From Alphaproteobacteria bacterium (lineage in GTDB: Bacteria; Pseudomonadota; Alphaproteobacteria; Sphingomonadales; Emcibacteraceae), in contig JAADFR010000097.1 in NCBI GenBank assembly GCA_013152755.1, positions 1,316-65,315 on the forward strand: a stretch of 64,000 nt of DNA, read 5' to 3'. This document shows, one piece after another, positions 27,672 to 37,209 of the stretch. Numbering within the stretch: the first letter of the stretch is position 1; every line of letters starts with the position of its first letter. The translations under genes were made by a program, and so were the position numbers. The notes below the pieces were generated by a model. It saw only the letters and a list, made by a program, of their open reading frames with translations, was not told where the DNA came from and searched no databases.

Positions 27672-28340
27672 ATGAAAAACTCCAGCAAAATTGTGGCCTT
27701 TGCCGTTGCAGGACTGATGGCCACCAGCCCACTCCTGACAAGCATATCTGCAAATGCTGCACCCGCAGCGCAATCAAGCGATGCCGTTGCCAAAATGTCA
27801 AACAGTGCAAAAAATAATTCTATTATTAAGACGGATGATGAGGCCTTCAGATCGCTCCGCGAAATCCGCGCCTCCCGCCTTGCCATCTTCAACGGCGATG
27901 TCGATCAGGCCAGAAAATTTGCCGTTGCTGCAATGAAAGACATGACGGCAGCACAGGCGGGAGCCCAGAAAACTATGGTGCCAACAAAAAAGTCATCCAA
28001 CGGTGACAGTTATATTCCGTTTGATGTTTCGATCGCACTTGCTGATGACTTTGTCATGACGCCTGAAAAGGAGAGTAAAATCAAGCAAGCTAACGGCCAT
28101 CTTGCAAAGGGTGAACAAAAGAAAGCCGTTGAGGTTCTGAAACTAACTAATATTGACGTGGTCGTTTCTGCCGCCCTCATCCCGGTCAATGCCAGCGTAA
28201 CTCATCTGCAAAGTGCCATTAACCTTATCAGTAAGAAAAAATACTACGAAGCAAACCTTGCCATGAAGGCCATTGTTGACGGTATTGTTATCGAATCCTA
28301 TGGCATCGACGATGTCCCATATCAGGGAGAGAAAAATTGA
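27672..28340 (+). CDS. yfdX: YfdX family periplasmic protein
   Basis: Signal peptide ending ANAAP. The length and several blocks resemble E. coli YfdX as I remember it (REIRASRLAIFNGDVDQARK; KKKYYEANLAMKAIVDGIVIES versus [22 protein letters not shown]). Confidence 0.85.
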   Translation: MKNSSKIVAFAVAGLMATSPLLTSISANAAPAAQSSDAVAKMSNSAKNNSIIKTDDEAFRSLREIRASRLAIFNGDVDQARKFAVAAMKDMTAAQAGAQKTMVPTKKSSNGDSYIPFDVSIALADDFVMTPEKESKIKQANGHLAKGEQKKAVEVLKLTNIDVVVSAALIPVNASVTHLQSAINLISKKKYYEANLAMKAIVDGIVIESYGIDDVPYQGEKN

Positions 28341-28365
28341 CTATATAGGCCTGCCAGAAAATTCC

Positions 28366-28395
28366 AGAAGGCCCTTTCGGGGGCCTTCTCTTCTA
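28366..28395 (+). terminator. Hairpin terminator after yfdX
   Basis: AGAAGGCCC-TTTCGG-GGGCCTTCT followed by the pyrimidine-rich CTTCTA. Confidence 0.55.
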
Positions 28396-28497
28396 TCCCT
28401 ATCTTTAAATCTTGTCAGATTTGTATAATTCACGTCAGGTTACTGAAAGTTAAATTACCTAATCTCTCTAGTATCAAATCAAACTCGAGAGGCAAAA

Positions 28498-29496
28498 ATG
28501 GACACTGCAATTCAAGATCACAACATCCCTCAACTGGACAATCATCGTTCGGCAATTGCTGACCTCCGAAACTACATGAATAATTGTATTGTCGGCCAGG
28601 AAAGATTTGTCGAAAGGCTGATCATAGGCCTTGTCGCCGATGGTCACCTGCTGCTTGAGGGGGTGCCAGGGCTCGCTAAAACCAAAGCAGTCAAAACACT
28701 TTCGCAAGCCGTGGATTGTGACGATCACCGCATCCAATTCACCCCTGACCTACTACCGGCAGACCTGACGGGGACAGATATTTACCGCCCGGAACACGGC
28801 ACATTTGAGTTTCATAAAGGTCCGCTTTTTCACAATCTTATTCTGGCTGATGAGATTAACCGTGCACCGGCAAAGGTGCAGTCAGCACTACTGGAAGCAA
28901 TGGCTGAACGACAGATTACTGTCGGTGGTACGACTTATTGTCTGCCTGAATTATTCATGGTGCTGGCTACACAAAACCCAATTGAACAGGAAGGTACGTA
29001 CCCGTTGCCAGAGGCCCAGCTTGATCGCTTCCTCATGCATGTTAATATTGGTTACCCGGATCAGGAATCAGAACGTCAAATTCTGCGAATAGCCCGGGGA
29101 GAAGCGGCTGGAGAGGTTGTCAGACCCAATAACCAAATTTCACAGGATACCATATTTGAATGTCGTCAGATGGCCTTGAATACGCATGTATCCAAAGCGT
29201 TGGAAGACTACATCCTGCAACTAATTTTTGCGACACGCACTCCCTCCACCTATGGCAAAGACCTTGCGGAAATGGTGGCGTTTGGAGCTAGCCCACGCGG
29301 CACAATCGCCCTAGAACGCTGTGCGAAAGTCCATGCGTGGATGCGTGGTTCCGATTTTGCTACGCCTCAAGATGTACAGAATATTATTCACGATGTATTA
29401 CGTCACCGTGTGCTGTTGACTTTTGAAGCAGAGGCGGACGGATTGACCAAAGACCATTTTATTGACGAACTCGTGAAAAGGGTTCCCGTCAGTTGA
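28498..29496 (+). CDS. MoxR-family AAA+ ATPase
   Basis: Walker A LLEGVPGLAKT, Walker B LILADEINRA, and FMVLATQNPIEQEGTYPLPEAQLDRF, typical of MoxR/RavA-type ATPases. Confidence 0.92.
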   Translation: MDTAIQDHNIPQLDNHRSAIADLRNYMNNCIVGQERFVERLIIGLVADGHLLLEGVPGLAKTKAVKTLSQAVDCDDHRIQFTPDLLPADLTGTDIYRPEHGTFEFHKGPLFHNLILADEINRAPAKVQSALLEAMAERQITVGGTTYCLPELFMVLATQNPIEQEGTYPLPEAQLDRFLMHVNIGYPDQESERQILRIARGEAAGEVVRPNNQISQDTIFECRQMALNTHVSKALEDYILQLIFATRTPSTYGKDLAEMVAFGASPRGTIALERCAKVHAWMRGSDFATPQDVQNIIHDVLRHRVLLTFEAEADGLTKDHFIDELVKRVPVS

Positions 29497-29542
29497 GGCC
29501 CATATTCGGCCTGCTTTCTATCTTTAAAAATGGCAGAAAAAA

Positions 29543-30478
29543 ATGACAGACCATATTAACAATATCAATAGTGCCGTCGAGGCAACCATTGCCGATTTAA
29601 TCGCGGCAAGGCCGGACCGAAAGGTCTCCGGCTTTGCACCCGGAGGCAAGGTTACGACCCACCAGTTCGGAACCAACCGTTCAGTTTTCAGAGGTTGCGG
29701 TATGGAATTTGATGAGGCGCGGATTTATCAGCCTGGTGATGATGTACGGACTATCGACTGGCGCGTAACAGCCCGCACAGGTCAGGTTTATACCAAACTT
29801 TATCATGAGGAACGTGAACGTCCGGTATTCATCCTGCTTGATTGCCGGAGTATGATGCATTTTGGAACGCAGGTTCGTTTCAAATCCGTCCTCGCCGCCC
29901 GTCTGGCAGCCCAGTTATGCTGGGTGGGTATAGACGGTGGTGACCGGGTTGGCGGCTTTATCCTTACCCAAGATGGTCTAAAGGATTTTGTCACGACCAG
30001 AACCCGGCACGGGATGCTCAGATTCCTGAACGCCATTAGCCTTGCGACCCATACGGTGAACATCGATGAGAAAGCTGAAGTCCCCCTGCACGAGGCGGTC
30101 AGGCGACTGCGGCATATTGCCCATCCTGGAACACTTGCCTTCATTATCAGCGATTTCAATGATTTTGATGAGTCATGCGCACGTGAGATCAAAAGACTCT
30201 CTTTGCATACTCATGTAACCAATATTCACATTTATGACCAACTGGATATTCAACTTCCCGGACGTGGAGATCACCGGATTAGCGACGGGCATGATGTTCT
30301 GTCGCTTTCCGCAATCAGGCGCTCACGCATTCAGGACTACAGTAAAGCATTTGTTAATCGGGCAGAGCGACTTGAAAAAATGTGCCGCCAGCGCGGGATG
30401 GCCCTGCATAGTCTCTCTACAGCAGATGATACTAACCGGGTTTTAAGACCACATCGCACCGGTACGCGGCAATCCTGA
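29543..30478 (+). CDS. DUF58 domain protein
   Basis: YQPGDDVRTIDWRVTAR is the DUF58 signature. Its position directly after MoxR is the standard arrangement. Confidence 0.85.
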   Translation: MTDHINNINSAVEATIADLIAARPDRKVSGFAPGGKVTTHQFGTNRSVFRGCGMEFDEARIYQPGDDVRTIDWRVTARTGQVYTKLYHEERERPVFILLDCRSMMHFGTQVRFKSVLAARLAAQLCWVGIDGGDRVGGFILTQDGLKDFVTTRTRHGMLRFLNAISLATHTVNIDEKAEVPLHEAVRRLRHIAHPGTLAFIISDFNDFDESCAREIKRLSLHTHVTNIHIYDQLDIQLPGRGDHRISDGHDVLSLSAIRRSRIQDYSKAFVNRAERLEKMCRQRGMALHSLSTADDTNRVLRPHRTGTRQS

Positions 30479-30510
30479 TTTAATACACAGATAGAAGCGA
30501 GACCAACAGA

Positions 30511-31029
30511 ATGATAACCACCACTTCAGCAGCTTTATCACCCGAACTCCTGGCACAACTGGATCAGTTGAAAGATGTACGTTTGCCACAAGCGGTTTCC
30601 TGGTGGCCTCTTGCCCCAGGCTGGTGGCTACTTACGGCCATTTTTCTGAGCCTGCTGATCACTGTGCTGGTGATTTTCGCTATTCGCAGATCATCCCTGA
30701 AATATGTTGCCCTGCGCGAATTGAACAGCCTGCGCATACAGGATTCTGATAAAATATCTATTCTCCAGCTTGGCTCGAAAATCAGTATTCTGCTGCGGCG
30801 TATTACCCTTCACTCAAAGAACAGTAACTGCCCGGCCAGTGTGCAGGGTGAAGTTTGGGAGCAATATCTGGCCCGTCAGCCCGGAGGAATGAAAAGGCCT
30901 ATTGCCCGATTTATCGCAATGGCGCCATATATTTCCGAAACAACCGTTTCCAGCTTGAGCGATATGGAGATACCTGAGAAAACAACAGTTCTGTCTGTTG
31001 CAGAGAACTGGATCCGGAGGAACGCATGA
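30511..31029 (+). CDS. DUF4381-like small membrane protein
   Basis: LPQAVSWWPLAPGWWLL followed by a single TM helix. Its position between the DUF58 and VWA genes matches Bat-type operons. Confidence 0.7.
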   Translation: MITTTSAALSPELLAQLDQLKDVRLPQAVSWWPLAPGWWLLTAIFLSLLITVLVIFAIRRSSLKYVALRELNSLRIQDSDKISILQLGSKISILLRRITLHSKNSNCPASVQGEVWEQYLARQPGGMKRPIARFIAMAPYISETTVSSLSDMEIPEKTTVLSVAENWIRRNA

Positions 31030-32072
31030 GTAATTTTTCCGGGTTTGAGTTCATTTGGCCCTTGGCCTTTTTGCTTCTGCCTCTACCCTTCATCATCCGG
31101 CACCTTCTGAAACCTGTGAGAATATCATCCGGCGGGGCACTCCGGGTGCCGTTCTATCGCCGCATCACCGAACGCGCCGGTAGTGGTCAATATCAATCAG
31201 GTTACAGAATCTGGCGGATCATACTGGCCTCTCTGATCTGGATTCTTCTGGTGACCGCGTCTGCGCGCCCTGTTTTTATCGGCCCCGAGATTTCTTTACC
31301 CATTGAAGGTCGTGATCTGATGATGGCAATCGACCTGTCCGGCAGTATGGGGCGTGAAGACTTTGACTTGAACGGTCAGGCCAGCAACCGGCTTGCCGTA
31401 GTTAAAACTGTGGCAGATGACTTTATCGCACGCCGCAAGGGTGATCGTCTAGGATTGGTCTTATTTAGTGACAGGGCATATTTGCAAGTGCCCCTGACGT
31501 TCGACCACAATGTTGTACGCACCCTTCTGGCTGAAGCTCAGGTTGGTTTAACAGGACAGAAAACCGCAATTGGCGATGCCATAGCCATTGCCGCAAAACG
31601 ACTTAAAGACCGTCCGGTCAAGAGTCGTGTTCTGGTTCTCCTCACCGATGGCGCAAATAATTCCGGGGTTATGCAACCACTTCAGGCAGCCCGGCTTGCC
31701 AAGAAACTCGATATCCGTATCTATACAATCGGCGTTGGAGCCAACCGTATGGTAGTCCAGACAGCTTTTGGACGTCAGATAGTCAACCCGTCTGAAGATC
31801 TTGATGAAAAAACACTGGGTAAAATCGCAAAATTAACCGGAGGCCGCTATTTCCGGGCAACGGACGTGAAAAGTCTGGCGGGGATTTACGCCGAACTGGA
31901 TCAACTGGAGCCGGTGTCCGGTGACCCACAATTCATCCGTCCTTCCGTAAGCCTCTATTCCTGGCCTCTCGGCATGGCACTCGCCCTTGTTGGCGTTTTC
32001 GGTCTGATCCTCATTGTGCCGTCAATAATCACTCTTTTTCAAAGCAAAAATCTAAAGGAAGCAATATCATGA
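31026..32072 (+). CDS. VWA-domain membrane protein (BatA-like)
   Basis: ATGA overlap with the upstream gene. N-terminal TM helices. VWA MIDAS motif AIDLSGSMG and LLTDGANNSG. C-terminal TM helix. Confidence 0.85.
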   Translation: MSNFSGFEFIWPLAFLLLPLPFIIRHLLKPVRISSGGALRVPFYRRITERAGSGQYQSGYRIWRIILASLIWILLVTASARPVFIGPEISLPIEGRDLMMAIDLSGSMGREDFDLNGQASNRLAVVKTVADDFIARRKGDRLGLVLFSDRAYLQVPLTFDHNVVRTLLAEAQVGLTGQKTAIGDAIAIAAKRLKDRPVKSRVLVLLTDGANNSGVMQPLQAARLAKKLDIRIYTIGVGANRMVVQTAFGRQIVNPSEDLDEKTLGKIAKLTGGRYFRATDVKSLAGIYAELDQLEPVSGDPQFIRPSVSLYSWPLGMALALVGVFGLILIVPSIITLFQSKNLKEAIS

Positions 32073-34063
32073 TTACCAGTAGCTTCTTTTTTCTTCGCCC
32101 CCTTTGGCTATTGCTATTGGTGCCGGCAATAATGTTCATTATTTTCGCTGTACGGCGCCAGAGCCCTGCCCGTAACAACTGGCAAAAACTGGTAGACCCT
32201 CATTTGCTGAAATTTCTCACTGTGCCCGGCAAGGCCAACAGAGGTTCATACTGGTTAACGGCAGGGCTCGCAGCAGGCCTGTTTGCTGCCATAGTTGCCA
32301 TGGCGGGACCGGCATGGCAAAAGATCGACCTGCCTGCCTATAAATCCTCCAAACCTGTCGTTATCGCCTTGAGCCTTGCCCAGTCCATGAATGCGACCGA
32401 TGTATCACCAAGTCGAATACGAAGGGCAGAGCATAAGATACGCGACATACTGGAAAAAACCAAAGGTACAGACACCGGTTTTATTATCTATGCCGATCGC
32501 CCCTTCGTTGCCGTACCATTAACAACCGATGCCCGGGTAATCCGTGAAATGTTACCAGAACTATCAACCGATATGATGCCTGTTTTAGGCAACAGACTGG
32601 ATTACGCAATTACCCGGGCCACCAACCTTCTTTTGGAGGGCGGAGCCCATAGCGGCAGGATTATTGTAATTGCCGACAACGCAGGTTCTGCTGTCGCAAA
32701 AAATATTGCGGCTGCAAAACAAGCTGCGGCCAGAGGCTTTTCAGTCAACGTACTGGGGGTAGGAACGGACCATGGAGCCCGATTGCAAACGGCATCAGGC
32801 AAGGCTATTCGGAGCCGCAATGGAAAATTCATGACTGCGAAATTTGATAAGAAAGCCCTCGGGGATATTGCTGCCGCAGGTTATGGGGTATTTGCAAGCC
32901 TGACACCTGATAACAGTGACATTGATATTCTTCTACCCGCCGATGGTATAACGGCGATTGCAGCACCCACCGTTAAAAATGACTTTCATTCGGACCGATG
33001 GAAAGACATGGGTTACTGGTTGCTGCTCATACCGTTATTATTGGCACCATTAGCCTTTCGTCGCGGCCTATTAATGGCTTTCCCCTTTGTAATGGCTGTT
33101 GCCATTTTCAGCAATACCCCTAGTGCCGAGGCTTCCCAATGGCAGGACTTCTGGAAGACCCCGGATCAACAGGCGGCCAGTGCTTTTAAGCAAGGGGATT
33201 ATTCAGCAGCAGCCCGTATTTTCAGTGACCCTGACTGGAAGGCAAGTGCTCTCTATAAAGCGGGGAAATATAGTGCCGCCGCCAGCCTCTATGATAGTAA
33301 AAAGTCGGAAAATTCCGATTTCAACAGAGGTAATGCGTTGGCCCGTTCCGGCGCGTTAGAGAAAGCTGTCAAAGCCTATGATATGGCACTTAAAGCAAAC
33401 CCCAAAGATGCAGATGCGCAGTTTAACCGTAATCTTGTGGCTAATTTACTTAAGAAACAGAAGAAACAGAAGAAACAGAATAAGAAAAAAAAGACCCCGC
33501 AGAAATCCGGTGATCAGAAAGATAAGAAGAAAAATACATCCGCCGGTCAGAAGGGTAAAAGTGGCCAGAAACAGGATCAATCCGGCAGCCAAAAAGCTGG
33601 TCAGCAGAAATCTGGCAATCCACAGAAAAGTGATAAGGCCGGCAAAAAGAGTGACCCAAAAAACGGACAGCCTGGAAAGCAGAAGTCAAACAGTTCTGAA
33701 CAGGAAGTGCAACAGGCTACGTCCTCTCAGGAGCAGAAAGCCCCGCAACAGAATACCATGCCAAAACCACAAGATTCAATGACGGGTAAGCAAAAACCCA
33801 CTCGGCCTGATCAAAATGTAAAAGGTGAGAAAAGTATATTCAGCAAGGCGATGGATGCCCTGTTACAGGGGAATGGTAAAGACACAGCACGACCAAAGAA
33901 ACAGAAAACCGAAAGGGCTTCCTCGAGAAAAACCGAATTACCTAAACTTGATCAAGCCGTTGAACAACAGTTGCGCGCAGTCCCTGATGATCCATCGGGT
34001 CTTCTGAAGGCCCGTATCCGCCAATATTATTCCCGAAACTTTGCTGCAGGACAGAACCAGTGA
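32069..34063 (+). CDS. VWA + TPR protein (BatB/BatC-like fusion) with a long K/Q-rich low-complexity region
   Basis: ATGA overlap with the upstream gene. VWA region (VIALSLAQSMNATD, IIVIADNAG), TPR-like segment (YSAAARIF...GALEKAVKAYDMALKANPKDADAQFN), then about 125 residues rich in K, Q, S and G. Confidence 0.8.
   Translation: MITSSFFFLRPLWLLLLVPAIMFIIFAVRRQSPARNNWQKLVDPHLLKFLTVPGKANRGSYWLTAGLAAGLFAAIVAMAGPAWQKIDLPAYKSSKPVVIALSLAQSMNATDVSPSRIRRAEHKIRDILEKTKGTDTGFIIYADRPFVAVPLTTDARVIREMLPELSTDMMPVLGNRLDYAITRATNLLLEGGAHSGRIIVIADNAGSAVAKNIAAAKQAAARGFSVNVLGVGTDHGARLQTASGKAIRSRNGKFMTAKFDKKALGDIAAAGYGVFASLTPDNSDIDILLPADGITAIAAPTVKNDFHSDRWKDMGYWLLLIPLLLAPLAFRRGLLMAFPFVMAVAIFSNTPSAEASQWQDFWKTPDQQAASAFKQGDYSAAARIFSDPDWKASALYKAGKYSAAASLYDSKKSENSDFNRGNALARSGALEKAVKAYDMALKANPKDADAQFNRNLVANLLKKQKKQKKQNKKKKTPQKSGDQKDKKKNTSAGQKGKSGQKQDQSGSQKAGQQKSGNPQKSDKAGKKSDPKNGQPGKQKSNSSEQEVQQATSSQEQKAPQQNTMPKPQDSMTGKQKPTRPDQNVKGEKSIFSKAMDALLQGNGKDTARPKKQKTERASSRKTELPKLDQAVEQQLRAVPDDPSGLLKARIRQYYSRNFAAGQNQ
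33452..33478 (+). repeat. 9-bp tandem repeat AAGAAACAG x3 (encodes KKQ x3) inside the BatB/C gene
   Basis: Three perfect in-frame copies at 33452-33460, 33461-33469 and 33470-33478, followed by a degenerate AATAAGAAA. Confidence 0.9.
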
Positions 34064-35895
34064 AAACAAAACAGATGCACAGAACAATAAACATATTTGC
34101 CCAAACAGGGTTTTTAATTATTCTCGCGATACTGGTTATGCTTTCACCGGCCTTTGCAGGAATAAACGCGAGCGTGAGTACAAGTGAAATCAGCGTTGGC
34201 AAGTCTTTCGTACTTCAACTGCAAACAGATTCGACAAAGGCATCCGCTGTGATTGACCTGTCACCGTTGCAGCGGGACTTCAACGTTCTGGGAAACAGCC
34301 GAAGCTGGCAAACGAACATCATCAACGGGGTACAAACCAACTCAACAGGCTGGGAGATAATACTGTCACCAAAATCAAAAGGCAGGCTGACCATCCCCGC
34401 CCTGAAAGCGGGAACTGAAACCAGCCGACCGATTATAATCAATGTTGTAGATTCTACCAGAGATGGTGCTACTCCCAATACAGGAACAACCGGCATTTCC
34501 ATATCAATGACTGCGGATGGAAAAGCTCACTATGTGCAGGAAAAAATTCCGGTAACGGTCCGGATCACAACTGACAATAATATACTCCAGGCAAGCCTAG
34601 AAGAACCAACCGCAAGCGGATTTATTCTTACACAACAAGGTGAGGACAAGGTCAGTAGCTTTACCAGAAACGGGCGGAGAATTTCCGTTATCAAAAGACA
34701 ATATCTGCTGGAACCGCTCAAGAGCGGGTCACTTACCGTCCCACCAATAACCTTGCAGGCTGTTGTCAGCAGTCCGGTAAGAAAACGCTCACCATTTCCG
34801 GATATATTTGGCAATTCACTATTCGGGAGTAGTTTTTTCAATGGAATAATGGATCAGGATCAACAGGTGATTGTACGCTCTAAGCCATTGCAGTTCAACA
34901 TCAAGCCGCGTCCCGGCCAAAGTAAAGGCTGGTTCTTGCCGGCAAAGAAAGTGCTGTTGACTTCCGAGTGGAAACCCGAAAACCCGATCTTTCACATTGG
35001 CAAAACGGTAACACGGACGATCCGGCTGTCAGCCCTCGGTGCATCAAAAGAACAGCTACCAGACATCAATGTTACAACTGCCGATGGGGCTAAGGTCTAT
35101 CTCGATCAGTCAAAGGATAAATCCATCAATACGCCGGAAGGCATAGTTGCCATACAGGAATATTCAACTTCCATCGTCCCCACCAAAGAAGGTAAGATCA
35201 CGCTGCCTGCAATCAGCGTTAAATGGTGGGATACGGTCGCCGATGTTGAACGCACAGCAGTGCTACCGTCTGAAACATTCTTTACCGAAGGGGCACCTAT
35301 GGCAGGTGCCACGGTTAATGCTCCGGCAGTTGACAGCAAGGCACAGGCAACAACTCCAAGCAACTGGCCTGTCAAAACAAGGGCCTCATTCTGGAATTCC
35401 CCATGGCTATGGGGAGTAGTTTCGTTGTTTATCCTGCTTGTGATTACCATTGGTTACTGGGTAGCCAATGCAATAGGCAAGCAGAAATCCCATCGGCAGG
35501 AGTCAACGCCGATGCAGAGTTTGAAAAACAACTACTCTGATGTCTCTGAAGCACAAAATAAAAAACTAATCATACGATTGGAAAAGGATTTTCAGGCAGC
35601 CTGTACATCAAACAACAAGACCGGAGCCTATACGGCACTCAATAGCTGGCTATATCTGGTCGGCCAGCAGAACAGGCTTGATGGCCCTGCCCTTTTATCT
35701 CTGTTTCCAGCCCTCAGTGAAAAGATGGAGGAACTGGAACAATACCTATATGGTGGTGGCACATCTGAAAACTGGAACGGCAAATTACTGCTTCGCACTT
35801 TCAAAGAAGCAAAACCAGAATTGCTCAACAGCAGGGCCAACCCGGTCAGGCAACAAGTTCTTCCGCCGCTTTATCCCGAACTCCAGGGCCATTAA
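34060..35895 (+). CDS. BatD-like (oxygen-tolerance family) membrane-anchored protein
   Basis: The GTG start overlaps the upstream stop (GTGA). N-terminal signal/TM, large beta-rich ectodomain, and a TM helix near residue 450 (WLWGVVSLFILLVITIGYWV). Last gene of the Bat-type operon. Confidence 0.7.
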   Translation: MKTKQMHRTINIFAQTGFLIILAILVMLSPAFAGINASVSTSEISVGKSFVLQLQTDSTKASAVIDLSPLQRDFNVLGNSRSWQTNIINGVQTNSTGWEIILSPKSKGRLTIPALKAGTETSRPIIINVVDSTRDGATPNTGTTGISISMTADGKAHYVQEKIPVTVRITTDNNILQASLEEPTASGFILTQQGEDKVSSFTRNGRRISVIKRQYLLEPLKSGSLTVPPITLQAVVSSPVRKRSPFPDIFGNSLFGSSFFNGIMDQDQQVIVRSKPLQFNIKPRPGQSKGWFLPAKKVLLTSEWKPENPIFHIGKTVTRTIRLSALGASKEQLPDINVTTADGAKVYLDQSKDKSINTPEGIVAIQEYSTSIVPTKEGKITLPAISVKWWDTVADVERTAVLPSETFFTEGAPMAGATVNAPAVDSKAQATTPSNWPVKTRASFWNSPWLWGVVSLFILLVITIGYWVANAIGKQKSHRQESTPMQSLKNNYSDVSEAQNKKLIIRLEKDFQAACTSNNKTGAYTALNSWLYLVGQQNRLDGPALLSLFPALSEKMEELEQYLYGGGTSENWNGKLLLRTFKEAKPELLNSRANPVRQQVLPPLYPELQGH

Positions 35896-36234
35896 AACAA
35901 ACCTCGTAATCCTGTTAATATGGCTAGCTAAAGCACCGTAGCGGATATGGTTATTTTACACGCCATATTTTTGTACCCTTTGTCATCCTGTCCCCACACA
36001 TGGGCCGAAAAACAGAAATAATGCCAAAGATATTTAAAAATATTGCTCAGGACAGCGTCACTTTAACTTCATGCCCCGCCATTGGATAAACGATTGATTG
36101 TGCTGCCGGATGGCTTTTCCACCAATAGCTTACTTTTTTTTAAACTTCGGACAAGGTTATGGCAAACGTCCGGCAGGATAGTGTTGCTGTGACACACCTT
36201 TTCAAATATTCACATTAAACATAGGAGAAGTACA

Positions 36235-36666
36235 ATGTTATCAAGAAAGTTTATCAAATCTACGGTTATAGCATCAGTCGCCATTGGCATTATCGGTATG
36301 AATTTACCGGCACAGGCACAAACATTGCGTCGGGAAGGCCCACCTGCAACCGACCCCATTATTGCTTGGGCACAACAGATGGCCCCGCGCGATGAGTTCT
36401 TCATTAACTCGAATGAAGATGTTGAGTTGATCAGGTTCAAGACTGATCGGGATAACACCGTCTGTGTACCGCGCAACACGCGACTAAAACGCCTGGATGG
36501 CGAACCCCAAAATTACGCTTTAAAGGTCATGTGGGGGGGAAATAACAAGGCTATTATCAAACCAGGCAAGTGCCTGTCATTCGATGCCAAAACGATCAAG
36601 GTTCGTGTTGACGGCAGAATGCCACAGGATGTTACTTTGGTAGGAAGTATCCGAACCAGTAAATAA
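36235..36666 (+). CDS. Hypothetical secreted protein (143 aa)
   Basis: ATG after AGGAGAAG. Signal peptide STVIASVAIGIIGMNLPAQAQ. No recognisable domain. Confidence 0.55.
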   Translation: MLSRKFIKSTVIASVAIGIIGMNLPAQAQTLRREGPPATDPIIAWAQQMAPRDEFFINSNEDVELIRFKTDRDNTVCVPRNTRLKRLDGEPQNYALKVMWGGNNKAIIKPGKCLSFDAKTIKVRVDGRMPQDVTLVGSIRTSK

Positions 36667-36825
36667 TCAGACAACATTGGTCCCAGCATCGCCCTCCTGA
36701 ACTCAATCGCTTTTGCGTTGTCACAAGCAGCCACAGTATGGTGGTAAAGCTGTTGAGATTACATCAGATCACCTCAGATTAACATTAGGTAATTTGGGCA
36801 GAGGACTAAAATACGGGACCAAAAC

Positions 36826-36861
36826 CCCCAACCCGTTTCTTTCTCAAGAAAAGGGTTGGGG
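36826..36861 (-). terminator. Strong hairpin (16-bp stem with one mismatch, 4-nt loop) in a 543-bp non-coding gap
   Basis: CCCCAACCCGTTTCTT-TCTC-AAGAAAAGGGTTGGGG. On the minus strand the stem is followed by GGTTTTGG, so it reads better as a minus-strand terminator. Confidence 0.45.
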
Positions 36862-37209
36862 TTCTACACAGATGCAGGACCAGTTCACTAGACTTTCTTC
36901 GTAAAAGCGGCATAACATTAAACAACATAACAAAGCTTAACATCGCCGCAAATCTGTCCAACGATGTGGGACCACCTCTAAGATGCTCTCCGTATCTTCG
37001 CGCATTCCCCACAATGACTGCCGTGTTCGGTATCAGGTTTTGCAATGACAGCATCACAGATTAAGCCCTGCTCCATCAATTCCATCAAAAATATGGAAGC
37101 CGCCGCTCTTTTAAAGGAAAACGAGAGGCATCAATGTGAAGTACGCGATTCCCGGATTGGCGGCTTCTTCATCATCATCAGAAAAAGAACAAAAAGCTAC
37201 ACTGTATTT

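Noticed and set aside
28498-35895. The MoxR/VWA operon as a novel system
   Set aside because: The gene order MoxR-DUF58-DUF4381-VWA-VWA/TPR-BatD is the well-known Bat (aerotolerance-type) operon. Only the low-complexity tract is reported separately.
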